Source: Mantamonas sphyraenae STR306 (lineage: Eukaryota > Protista > CRuMs). Taken from it: a stretch of DNA of 64,000 nt. The translations under genes were made by a program, and so were the position numbers. The stretch covers positions 124,001 through 188,000 of the forward strand of contig JAPMXV010000042.1 in NCBI GenBank assembly GCA_026936335.1, in the 5' to 3' direction. The notes below the pieces were generated by a model that worked only from the letters and a program-made list of their open reading frames with translations, was not told the origin of the DNA and did no database searches. This document shows positions 24,801-34,631 of the stretch, one piece after another. How positions within the stretch are numbered: position 1 is the stretch's first letter; each line of letters opens with the position of its first letter.

Positions 24801-27446
24801 TTTGCGTTGCGAGGCGTGGATGCTGTGCAACGCTGGAGCAATGCCGTGGGACCAGACGACCCCGCATTGGCACGCATCACCGACCCGGATTCGTTGCGAG
24901 CACGCCTGGGCGGGGGCAACAAGAGTGAGAACGTCGTGGAGATCTCACGCACCCTGATCCGGGCCCACAAGGAGATGGCCTTTTGGTTTGGTGGACGCGT
25001 GCCTCCCACAAGCACCGACGATGCATTTGTGGACGACCCATCGTTGTACTACAGCGCCTACGAATCAGCCATGCACACCATGCGAGTTGCAGGCACTTCA
25101 GTCAAGTCGCATGCGGCAAGCACCTCTGAGGAGGAGGAGGAAGAAGAAGAGGATGGATCGCCCTCTCTGGGAACGACGGACGAAAGCGCAGTGGTGGTGC
25201 ACGAGGTGACAGTGGGAGCGGTGGAGACAAGCGTGCTGCTTGTGTCTTGCTTGCTGTCCATGCTCCACGTGGTGCCGCTCCTGGAGGCTGTGCAAGCACA
25301 CGGTCTGCACTTGACGGCCATCCGTCGCAAGCAATTGGACATCATTGATGTGGATGTGTTGGAGAAGCAGGGTCGCAGCGTGTGTGAAGCACACGCCGAT
25401 TTGCTGGACGAGGCCAACGAGCAGGGTCAGCGTCCGTTCCTGCTGCTGCAAGTGCAGAGTGAGAACGCTGTGGCACGCACTGTGGCTCTCCATGCCGCTT
25501 TGCAGCGTCTTCAGCGAGGCAGCGACGCCGCCGGTCTGACCTGGTTCATGCCTCACACACGCGCGTGGGCACAAACCATGAGTGGCCACTTCTTTGGCGA
25601 CGACGTCCACCTCACTCCCAATCGCTACCTTGTCGAGGGCCGCCTGATGTCACATGAAGTGTACTCGAGTGCCGAGTTGCCGCAGATGCTGCTGGTGGCA
25701 TTGACGCCCGATACGCTGCGCAAGGGCAACACTCTCGCCGTGTTGCGTCAGTTGCTTGGCCACCCGGACATCCACCCGGATACAACCGAGTTTGCACGCA
25801 ACCACTTTGAATGCATGGGCATCAAGTTGTTACCCGCGCTTGCACGGTACCAAGCGCAAGAGTTGACCCCGGTCGAGGTGGGCGACGCAGGATGGACCCA
25901 AAGCCTGTCGTTTCTCCAATCCGGTCCCGTGTTGCTCGTCGTCTGCCGCGCAGTCAACGCCTTTGCACGCATGCACGACCTCGTGGGCTCTGTGACACAG
26001 GCACACACCCTGCGTGGTCTCTATGCAGACAGCGACATCGTCGAGTGTGCTCTGTTGTCGTCGCCCAACCCGGAACAGGCCTACCGACAGATCAGCATGT
26101 TCTTTGAGGCCAGTGAATTGACCACAGAACCCGTGTTCTGTTTGCCTCTGGAGCGCATGTTGCCACGGGGCATCCTCTACGGCAGCGAGGATGCAGAGGG
26201 CCACGGCCTCTTGGATGCCATGGTGCAGCCGCCCGAAGCCCTGGCCACCGTCCTCGTGATCAAACCCTCCGTGGCTCCCATGTACCTGCCCAAAATCCTC
26301 CTTACTCTGGCCAACGAGGGCTTTGTTGTCGAACGCATGCGCATGATGCGACTCGACGAACAGCTCGCCTCCTTTCTCTTTGCGTCGCAGGTCGCCGCCG
26401 ACGAACGTGCCCTGATGGTGGCAGCCATGGCAAATGCTGGATCCGATGGTGGTGGTGGTGGTGGTGGTGGTGGTGGTGGTGATGGAGGTGGCGACCCACG
26501 CTCAGTGCGTGCTGCTTACGTGCATCTCATGTGCAGTGGACCTGTCATTGCGCTGTTGCTGCGACGCGAGAACGGAGTGCAACATGCGTTGCGCATTGTG
26601 GGCCATGCCAACCCGAAGCAGGCGCGGTTGGAGAGCCAATTCTCGCTGAGGGGCGTGTTTGGTGGCACAGGGGTGCATGACAATGGCTTTCAGGCGTCTA
26701 CGTCGTACTACGGCGCCACACAGGACGTGGTGCGTGTGTTTGGCAACACACACGATGACAAAGAGGAATCCACGGGGACACAGGAGTCCAGCGCTCAGGA
26801 AGGGCTGTGTGTGCTGCAACGTGCGTCATCGCTGCTGGAAACAGTCGCCGTGGTCATCACGTGGCCCTTCTTGCGACCCAAGAGTGCACGCTGGCTGGAA
26901 TCGGTGCTGGAACTGGTGTTGCGACAGCAGGAGTTTGCATTGGTGGGCATGCGTACATGCGCACTGGACAACCGCAAGGCACAGCGAGTGGCCGAACTGC
27001 TGGCTGGCAGTGGCAGTCATCACCATCACCATCATGTGGATCCAAGCAGCAGTAGCAGCAGCAGTGGTTGGGCTGAGAAAGGGGCTGGGGAGGCCAGCAC
27101 GTGGGTGGACACAGAGGAGGATGTGGAGGCTATCTGTGCGGCGTTGACAGGTGGCCAAGTGCTTGTGCTGGCGCTGGAACGCACAAGTGCCGTGTACCAG
27201 TTTGGTCACCTGTTGCGCCACGGTGAGCTCAAGAGTCTGTTGGACAATCTGTGGCGTGACGAACGCGGTCTCAACGGCGAGGAGGACCGCAGCAGCGCCA
27301 GTTCGGCAGACTCAAGGCGTGCCTGGGCCAGCTGGAGCAATTGTATCATGAGTGCAGACTCGCAGGGGGCCAACGAGGGGCTGGTCACGACCCTCTTTGA
27401 CGCAGAGACCTTGTTTGGAGACAATACGCTTGTGGGAACGGAATGA
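21813..27446 (+). CDS. Very large protein: ~750 aa disordered N-terminus + 5-6 degenerate nucleoside-diphosphate-kinase (NDK) folds; DNAAF8/Daap1-like architecture; start uncertain (21771/21813/21858)
   Basis: NDK-like segments: FALRGVDAVQRWSNAVGPDDPALARITDPDSLRARLG; LQSGPVLLVVCRAVNAF; TVLVIKPS..MCSGPVIALLLRRENGV..SLRGVFG; uninterrupted ORF. Confidence 0.75.
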   Translation: MSELRCVDGGKAKEKMETADEAMQLQMQKLRARMAALEDDDEDEEQEDESLARGGGQQQQQQQGEWEHMVRSKALYAHIVHGTHEDSDSDDDSPSMASPRALPMPEDTQGRDGAKARGFAPAISRQIADIMAEAQTHLPSIADSDSDEEHDCDGDGVASDEEEVLDIARLRKRTTATQATETARPGDVREAWGEQTYTHTLVQRQETDNGHAMGPASGVQLDVSWLDDSALDQLLAQLEEQQTQGQGTGSDNGTDTDAQQQREGDEGGLNDDGAGVWKGFSYENDYAEEVEHDTYVRQAWDVLSHEYVDTKTRDEVEEVEEVEVHEKEEQEKEDKALPLHPNSSVTAEEIAMLLEAAPTREQDSSASLAALSHRKGAWDRIAQIIQPENETKARGGDGIPVQQRRPATRSSLMQRYEQDEEEEDEDVDEEEEEDDEDEDDPLAWRRQRKQAKQALQKQTRPDTHVQQMTPSKTTSAGGQPTTPQRTPTTSSQDAPVSPETPHGQGTRGEDGAPTGSSVKKSRSKKRREREKRKRQRLREERAAAAAASEGTMEETEVAEDTPERRGARLTTAQQRMNKENAMRALYMDQHAVRDQARIGRQRLDASVAREEQSGEDDVQGDTSSTRSWADAVSGAGRVKSPATSSASLSSSSTSTTTTITATRGSGTSENGWWTTPQNTSSSSNWGAEPEDDVGAFDRYLEEEKERMEQQRRERTRGRIEERRGREGTQEMLLFDESISFEGELNVVPAALQEALLCEDTSSVFVETADAHTVVAIEYGESEEELGRVLDWLLCSQRAFGDSVRGVRMVHSATCVPSLRPQTILLVLLQMSRTEAVDALLSVRVDDVMGNDGPFARSKSGKSMLDGATYMLSHRKREVVDSKARGRWCWTPLHPLRVFTAPAHMGVMSRGSAVDVKAQHSVCVVNPTLDLRKEGVLYQIVAQAHECGLDIVAMGLKYPSAEEQTLLRAHTLLDCFHGPAYDQAGTHRAVRMGARLVFALRGVDAVQRWSNAVGPDDPALARITDPDSLRARLGGGNKSENVVEISRTLIRAHKEMAFWFGGRVPPTSTDDAFVDDPSLYYSAYESAMHTMRVAGTSVKSHAASTSEEEEEEEEDGSPSLGTTDESAVVVHEVTVGAVETSVLLVSCLLSMLHVVPLLEAVQAHGLHLTAIRRKQLDIIDVDVLEKQGRSVCEAHADLLDEANEQGQRPFLLLQVQSENAVARTVALHAALQRLQRGSDAAGLTWFMPHTRAWAQTMSGHFFGDDVHLTPNRYLVEGRLMSHEVYSSAELPQMLLVALTPDTLRKGNTLAVLRQLLGHPDIHPDTTEFARNHFECMGIKLLPALARYQAQELTPVEVGDAGWTQSLSFLQSGPVLLVVCRAVNAFARMHDLVGSVTQAHTLRGLYADSDIVECALLSSPNPEQAYRQISMFFEASELTTEPVFCLPLERMLPRGILYGSEDAEGHGLLDAMVQPPEALATVLVIKPSVAPMYLPKILLTLANEGFVVERMRMMRLDEQLASFLFASQVAADERALMVAAMANAGSDGGGGGGGGGGGDGGGDPRSVRAAYVHLMCSGPVIALLLRRENGVQHALRIVGHANPKQARLESQFSLRGVFGGTGVHDNGFQASTSYYGATQDVVRVFGNTHDDKEESTGTQESSAQEGLCVLQRASSLLETVAVVITWPFLRPKSARWLESVLELVLRQQEFALVGMRTCALDNRKAQRVAELLAGSGSHHHHHHVDPSSSSSSSGWAEKGAGEASTWVDTEEDVEAICAALTGGQVLVLALERTSAVYQFGHLLRHGELKSLLDNLWRDERGLNGEEDRSSASSADSRRAWASWSNCIMSADSQGANEGLVTTLFDAETLFGDNTLVGTE

Positions 27447-27548
27447 AGACTATACGCACGTCTGCCCACAGTGCGAAGAATGCAAGGCTGAGTAAGCGTC
27501 ATCCACCACCCATGGCCGACATCCCAACCACACAAATATCCCACCACA

Positions 27549-29308
27549 ATGGTTGGTTTCCATGCAGCAATCCCCCCCCCCCTCCACCTCCCACCTGTGC
27601 ATCCATTTCCCTTTGCTCACATGTGCCCCTGTGCCCCTGTTATCCCTTTCTCACAGAGCAAGCGCGACAACAAGGACCAAGATCTGGACGAGGAAGCCCA
27701 GCAAGGAGTAGGTTTTGCGTCCATGTCATGCCCACACACACACACACACACACGCACACACGCACACCTGAGAACAGAAGCGTGCATGGCAGTGGGCTCA
27801 AGAAGGCCGCAATGCACCCGTCCGGGCAGAGCGTGAGGGAATTGCTCGTGCCCCGAGGCTCCGAAGGGGGCGAATTCAAACTGCGCAAACACGGATCACT
27901 GACATCCAGAATCACCGCATGCACCATACAGCTGGAAGACACTAAGGACCTGAAGCAGATGAGCCAGGCAGAGCTGATGAAGCTGATCGGAGCAGGCGAG
28001 GCGCCAAAGGCAAAGGTGAGGCCAACGAGAAATGCACGGCAGCCGCAACACAGCCAAACCAGCTGACACCCACCCCACCCCTCCCCCCCTACCACACCAC
28101 ACCACACAACCCGACGAATCACCACATGGACGGAGCAGGATGAGAAGGACTTTAAGTTCTGGGGCACGCAACCTGTGCCGAGCCTGAACGCGGAGGTGAC
28201 GGAGGAGCAGCTGGGCCCGATTGACGAGCCCAAGACGGTGGAGGACATCCGCGACACGCCGTACAACCTGCCCAAGGGGTTTGAGTGGGTGGATTTGGAC
28301 GTGTACGATGAGGATGGCGACCTGGCAGAGATGAACAAGCTGCTGTCGCTGAACTACGTGGAGGACGACGACGCCACGTTCCGCTTCAACTACTCCAAGG
28401 ACTTTCTCAAGTGGGCGCTGACGCCCCCAGGCTGGCGCAAGGAGTGGCACCTGGGCGTGCGTGTGACCAAAAGTGGCAAGCTGTTTGGCATGATCACGGG
28501 TGTGCCAGCCAAGATCCAGGTGCACGGCCAGGAGATCCAAATGGTGGAGATCAACTTTCTGTGTGTGCACAAGAACCTGCGTTCCAAGCGTCTGGCACCC
28601 GTGCTGATCAAGGAGATCACACGCAGGGTCAATGTGACCGACATCTGGCAGGCTGTGTTCACCGCTGGCATCACCCTGCCCAAGCCCGTCTCCACCAACC
28701 GCTACTGGCACCGTTCCCTCAACCCTCTCAAGCTCGTCGACGTGGGCTTTTCCTACATTCCGCCGCGGCAGACGCGCAAGATCTACGCCAAGCTGCACAA
28801 GCTGCCCGAGGAGACGCAGACGCCCGGGTTCCGTGCCATGGAGGAGAAGGATGTGGCCACGGTGACCAAACTGCTCACGGAACGACTGAGCCAACAGAAA
28901 CTGGCGCAGGTGTTTGACGAGGAGGAGGTTGCCCATTGGATGCTTCCTCGCAAGGGTGTCATCTACTCGTATGTGGTGGAGAACAGCGAGGGTGTGGTCA
29001 CCGACTTTACCTCCTTCTACTCCCTGCCCTCACACATCATGGGCCACAAGAAGTACGACATGCTCACGCCGCCTACTCCTACTACAACGTTGCCACCACC
29101 ACCGAGTTCAAGGATCTCATCAAGGACGCCATGATCATGGCCGTCGCCGAGGGCTTTCGACGTCTACAACTGTCTCGACCTCAACGACAACATCGAAGTC
29201 TTGGAAGCCCTGCGCTTTGGCAAGGGCGACGGTACCCTCCAGTACTATCTGTACAACTGGGCCTGCCCAGAGATGCTGCCCCACGAGATGGGCCTTGTTC
29301 TGTTGTGA
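27549..29308 (+). CDS. NMT: Glycylpeptide N-myristoyltransferase (exons 27549-51, 27657-27707, 27932-28015, 28139-29308; two compensating indels near 29066 and 29156)
   Basis: [86 protein letters not shown]-stop. Confidence 0.93.
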
Positions 29309-29384
29309 TTTGTGCAGTGCAGAGAAGAAACTTCCCTCAATTTCTCCTTCTCTCTCCTCACTCACTCTCTCTCTCTCTCTCTCA

Positions 29385-30555
29385 TCACTTGCTCTTCTTG
29401 GCAGGGGCCACGGTACGTGGGCGAGTGGCTGCGGTGAGCATGGGACACGGGGCAAGCTTGAGGGCAAGGTAGGTGCCGATTGCCTGCAAGGCCAGGCCAA
29501 TGAGCACCTCCATGGCGGGGTTGGAGCCAATGCGACCACCCACAAGCAGACGGAAAAAGTCAAGGAAGCACATGCCAAACATGCCAGCTGCGAGGCCATC
29601 GATGGCCACCTGAGACATGGGCATTCCTTCCTCGGCCTCGGTGTCGGTCAAGCGGAAGTACCAGTGGAAGGACACCACAAAGTACAGTGCATACATGCAC
29701 GATCCGGCCGTGAGTACCGTCAGCCACTCCACCGTAAAGTGGTAGTAAGGGAACTGCGTGGTTGGAAGAGGCGTGCAGGGGGGGGGTGTCAATGCAAAGG
29801 GCACTCTGAGCCGGTCGTGGGGACTCGGGTATTGGCAAAGGGGGGAAACAGGTTGGCCACACGTACGCTGGAGATGGTAAAGGACTCCATGAATGCGGTG
29901 AGGGTGGACAGGAACATGATGAGAAGGATGTAGAGCACAAAGTTGAACGGCTTGCCCAGCTCGCAGCCGCTCAGGAAGCGTCGCAGCACTGCGTTGGTCA
30001 CCGTGTGGTACATGCAAAAGTAGGCATGGGCCATCAAGTACATGGCAATGGGCACATCGTTGAGACGCCAGTCGTAAATGAACGAGTATCTGTGTGTGGA
30101 GAGAGAGAGAGGGTGTGGCGTGTGTGTGTGTGTGTGGGTGTCAGCCTTCGACGCCCATCGGAGGGATTTTGCGCGCCACACTCGTCGCCCACGCTGCCTT
30201 TTGCCCACACCTACTTGGCACCAAGCACGTTGTAAAAGTAGTGCGTAAAGTAGAAGCTGCCAATGTACACAAAGATGGCCAACCAGACCTGGAGCTTGAC
30301 GTAGTGTCGTTCGTACCATGGCAGGTCCTGCTGGGTCTCGCAGCCGGGCCAGAAGATGGGCACCATGTACATGGCCACCAGAATGGCAGCGTACACTGTG
30401 TATTCCAGGTCTTCCCAACCTTCGTACAAGCGGAATATGACCACAGGCACAAAGGTGAGCAGCCAGGCCACGCTGCACAGCATCATGTAGCGTTCAGTCG
30501 CCCTGTGAACGGGATTGGACGGCAACCAGTGGGGATTGGAGACAGCAACAGCCAT
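29385..30555 (-). CDS. CPI1: Cycloeucalenol cycloisomerase (cyclopropyl sterol isomerase); introns 30214-30090 and 29866-29754
   Basis: WLPSNP.HR, YVKLQVWLAIFVYIGSFYFTHYFYNVLGA, WRLNDVP..YLMAHAYFCMYH, TAFMESFTI, FPYY, GSCMYALYFVVSF, LDFFRL match plant-type CPI1. Confidence 0.88.
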
Positions 30556-30613
30556 GTGTGTATATGTGTGTGTGTGTGTGTGTTTGTGTATGTGTGGGTT
30601 TGAGTGGATCGAC

Positions 30614-33209
30614 TCACGCACCACGCTCCACCTTTGCTTGCTCCTCCTTGCCCACCACCTCGTAGTGGGAGAAGACCATGGTAAAGGCCCCTGTGCCCTG
30701 GGAGACGGAACGCAGGTGTGTGGAATAGCCAATCATCTCCTTGAGGGGCACCATGGCACGGATGGCCGTGTGTGCACTATCGTCGTGGTGCACCTTGTCC
30801 ACGTACCCCCTCCGATGTGAGGTCAGGTCTGCAATCACCGATCCCATGTGTGCTTCGGGCACAGTGATGTCCACCGCCACCACCGGTTCCAACAGGGCAG
30901 GGTCGGCTTTGAGTGCAAGTTGCCGGATGGCACGCACCGCACACGCCTGATGCGCCGCCTGCACCGCACCCAGGCTGCTGTTGCTGTGCAATTGTGCTCT
31001 GTCCACGCTTTCCACGCGTGCGTGCACACGCTGCAACGGGAAGCCCATGATGGGTCCCCTGTCCAACCCCACGTGCAACCCTTCCTCAATGGCCTCCACC
31101 GCAGCCTCTTCAACCTGTGCCTGCATCTGCTCCCCCGACACAGTGGTGCCATTGTCGCCCTTGTCTGTGTCTGTGTCTTCCCTGTTCATCAAAGAGACGC
31201 CTGGAGCATTGCCGCCCAGCATCCACTCGCGCAGCACTTCCACCTCGTTTTCCTCGTCACCTTGCACGTCACCTCCTCTGCCCTTCAACACCACCTCCAT
31301 GGAAGCAGCCATGACACTGCCGTTCTGAGCCTGTCGCTGGAACTCCACCGTGCCGCGTGCGCTGCCCAGCAGCGTTTCACGGTAGGCAATTCGCATCTTG
31401 CCCACACGTGCCTTGACACGCAACTCCTCCAACAATCTGCGTGTCACCACCTGCAGGTGCAGCTCACCCATTCCCGAAATCAGCGTCTGTCCCGTTTCCT
31501 CGTCTTGCGTGACGTGGAACGACGGATCCTCACGCTGCAGCTGCTCCAATGCCATGCTCATTCGCTTCTCCTCTGCGCTGCTTTCCGGCTCGATGGCACA
31601 GAAAAACACCGCCTGTGGGATTTGCATGCCGTCCAATTGCACCACCTGCTTGTCTTTGGCGTCGATGAGTGTGTCTCCCGTCCGTGCGTACTTGAGTCCC
31701 ACCGCAGCCCCGATGTTCCCTGCCTCAATCGACTCCACATCCAGCAGTTCCTGGCCCTGCACCTGCTTCAGTTGCATCACCCGCTCCACGTGCCGTTCCA
31801 CCTCGGCGTCCTCCTCACCCTCCACTGCCATCCCGATGCTCTGGATCCCGCCTCCGTTCTTCACACGTCCCGAATACACCCGGAAGAAGCTGATGGGTCC
31901 CATCTGGGCGTCGTACACCACTTTGAACACAAGCGCACACAGTGGCTCCTTGACGTCTGCCTTGCGTTCCACACGCTTGATCCCAGCCCGAGCATCTCCT
32001 TCCTTTGCCCTCTGCTGTGTCTTTGCTCGCTGCGCAGCCTTGCGTGCGGCCTTGCGTCCTGCTTTGCCCTTGCTTGAGCCTCCTGCACCTGCCACGGCGC
32101 TTCCAGGCATCACCACGCGAGCCACGGCCGGCTTTCGATCGGCAGGCGAGGGCAGATAATGCACAGCAGCGTCCAGCACGGGCTGGATGCCTCTGTTCTT
32201 CAGAGCAGAGCCATAGAGCACTGGAGTGATGGCCATGCCCAGAGTCTGGCGTCGAACGGCCTGTCGTATGCCCTGGCTGGACAGGAGAAGGGCAGCGTGT
32301 GCCTCGCCTGCACTCCTGTCCAACACCTCCATGTACTCCTCCATCAACTGTTCATCCAACGATGCCAACGTGTCCACCAACTGCATGCGCGCTTCCACTG
32401 CAGCCACAGCCGTGTCTGCATCCACGAGGGAGGCGGCGGAGGCGTGCACAAGGGCCCCTGCTTCACTGGCCTCTCCCAGCTCCACAGTGGGTTCAAACAG
32501 CGCCGCACGTTGCATGTGCATCCCTGCCTCATCGGTCCATTGCACACTGGCCAAATCCACCAAGTCGATGAGGTGACCAAAGCCGGGGCCGGCCACGGTG
32601 GGCAACTGCAGGGGAAGCGGCGTCGTGTTGAGTTTGGATTGCATCATGCTCGGTGCTCGGTGCACACATGCCCCCTCCCTGTCCATTTTGTTGACCAGTG
32701 CTATCCTGGGTACGTTGTATCGACTCGCTTGTCGCCACACGGTCTCGGTTTGTGCCTGCACCCCGGCCACCCCGTCCAGGATGGTGATGGCCCCATCCAA
32801 CACACGCAGTGTACGCTCCACTTCCACCGTGAAATCCACGTGACCCGGCGTGTCAATCAAATTGAACGTGTGCTCGCCCCACGGAAAGGTGATCGCCGCG
32901 GACCCAATTGTGATCCCCCGCTCCCGTTCCTGAGCCATAAAGTCCATCACCGTGTCGCCGTCATCCACGTCTGTGCCCACGTACACCCCCCACATCCATC
33001 CACACACGGCGGCGCTCACACTGTGTCAGTCCTCCGCTTGCCGTCTGGAGTCGTCGTCCAGTGCTCCGGAAAATCCACCTACCCCCGGCTCGCGAAATCA
33101 CGCCGCTGTAGTGCAGCATGCGTTCCGTCACCGTCGTCTTGCCATGGTCTACGTGAGCAATACATCCTACGTTACGAATATGGGTCAATGCATTGCGTCC
33201 CTTGGACAT
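30614..33209 (-). CDS. GFM2: EF-G family GTPase, probably mitochondrial ribosome-recycling factor EF-G2mt/RRF2; intron 33082-32971
   Basis: IRNVGCIAHVDHGKTTVTERMLHY, ERERGITI, IDTPGHVDF, NKMD, EDPSF, SGMGELHL, LLEP, GYSTHLRSVSQG; divergent domain IV lacking the EF-G1 tip motif. Confidence 0.8.
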
Positions 33210-33241
33210 GGTTGGCCTGCTGTCTGCAGCGCACAGCTCCG

Positions 33242-34123
33242 TCACAACTCGAGTTCCTCCAAATCTCCCTCCAGATCGTCGTCTGCTCCTGCATTCCCTT
33301 CTGCCTTGATGCCACCCTCTGCGTCCGTGCCTTTGTGTGATGATGATTGTGAATGTACAGTTGCCAAACCTTGTGTGCGCACCTGAGCCGGGTGCAGAGC
33401 GCCGAGATCGGCCTCGAGATCCTCGTCCTCGTCCTCGTCGTCGTCCAATTGCTGGAACTTGTCCGTTTGCTTGCCCACACCGGGTTTGGACGACGTTGAA
33501 GCGGATGAGGAACGAGACAGGCCAAAGAGAGACTTGGAGGAGGATGTTTGCTGCTCCTTCTTCTTCTGCTGCTGCTGCTGCTGCTTGGCTGCCTTTTCCT
33601 TCTTCCTCTTTGCTCGTGGGCCATCCTCCTCGGTGTACACCATCTGCATTCTGCGTTCTTCCGACATGGGCACGGCAGAGCGGGCCTCTGGATCCTCGCT
33701 GCGGGTGGCACGGGCCGCACTCTGCATCTCCTGGTCTCCTGGTGCCGAGTTGCGGAGGCAGCAGAGGCAGTCGAGGCAGTCCTCACGTGCCTCCTTGACG
33801 GCACAGATGAAGCACGGGAGCACAGACTGGAGAGCAGCCCAAAGAAGCAGCCAACGACGGGAGGTGCCTGTGCGAGCCTGCTTCCAGCCACGCAGGGTGT
33901 AGGGAATTCGGTGGAGGAGCACGCCGATGATGATGAGACACACCAGGAAGGGCAGGTCCAGCAGCACCCATCCAAACTGTTTCAGCACCACCGTCTGAGG
34001 ATATGAGCCGCCATACAGTCGCATCTTGTTCACCATGTGCTTCCACCGGTAGTGGGTGACAAACAGGACCAGGAGAAAGGGCGACGTCACCAGCCACAAG
34101 AGCGCCTGAACCACCAGTCCCAT
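33242..34123 (-). CDS. Hypothetical membrane protein (3 hydrophobic segments, Cys cluster, K/Q/S/D-rich tail)
   Basis: Fills the space between GFM2 and enolase; hydrophobic stretches, DCLDCLCC; no family recognised. Confidence 0.6.
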   Translation of the reverse strand: MGLVVQALLWLVTSPFLLVLFVTHYRWKHMVNKMRLYGGSYPQTVVLKQFGWVLLDLPFLVCLIIIGVLLHRIPYTLRGWKQARTGTSRRWLLLWAALQSVLPCFICAVKEAREDCLDCLCCLRNSAPGDQEMQSAARATRSEDPEARSAVPMSEERRMQMVYTEEDGPRAKRKKEKAAKQQQQQQKKKEQQTSSSKSLFGLSRSSSASTSSKPGVGKQTDKFQQLDDDEDEDEDLEADLGALHPAQVRTQGLATVHSQSSSHKGTDAEGGIKAEGNAGADDDLEGDLEELEL

Positions 34124-34214
34124 CGCCCTGCCACGCGTTTGCTTGCCCACCTGATCGCACTTACTTTTTGTTGTTTGCTTTCATACCCCCCAAAGGAACC
34201 ACTTGTACACCACT

Positions 34215-34584
34215 ATGTCTTCGCAAACTGTCAAGCAATACCTGGAGGACCACAAGATCCGCGAGGAGCTGGAGGAGCTCATCAACGCCGTCGTCGAGGA
34301 GAAGCCCGCCGACCCTTTTGCCTGGCTCGTACGTTCCCGTGTCTGCTCTAATGCCGCTCGCACTGTCCACACACAACCAGAGAGAGAGCAGGGCAAGCTG
34401 CAGGCACAGCGTCTCTCTGCCCTGGCCTCTTTGCATGGGTCATGGCAGGGGAGGGGAAGAGCGCTGGGGCAGCCGGAATCCCCACAATCCCCGTCAAAGC
34501 ACCCGTTTTTGTGTGGCCCCCCCCTCCCTTCCCATTCCTCCCATCGCATGAGTGAACGCCTACACATTGAATTGCACACACTCT

Positions 34585-34631
<47 letters not shown>

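Noticed and set aside
27549-29308. NMT as a pseudogene or programmed frameshift
   Set aside because: No other decay, no slippery heptamer, and a similar homopolymer indel occurs in WDR61; sequencing error is more parsimonious
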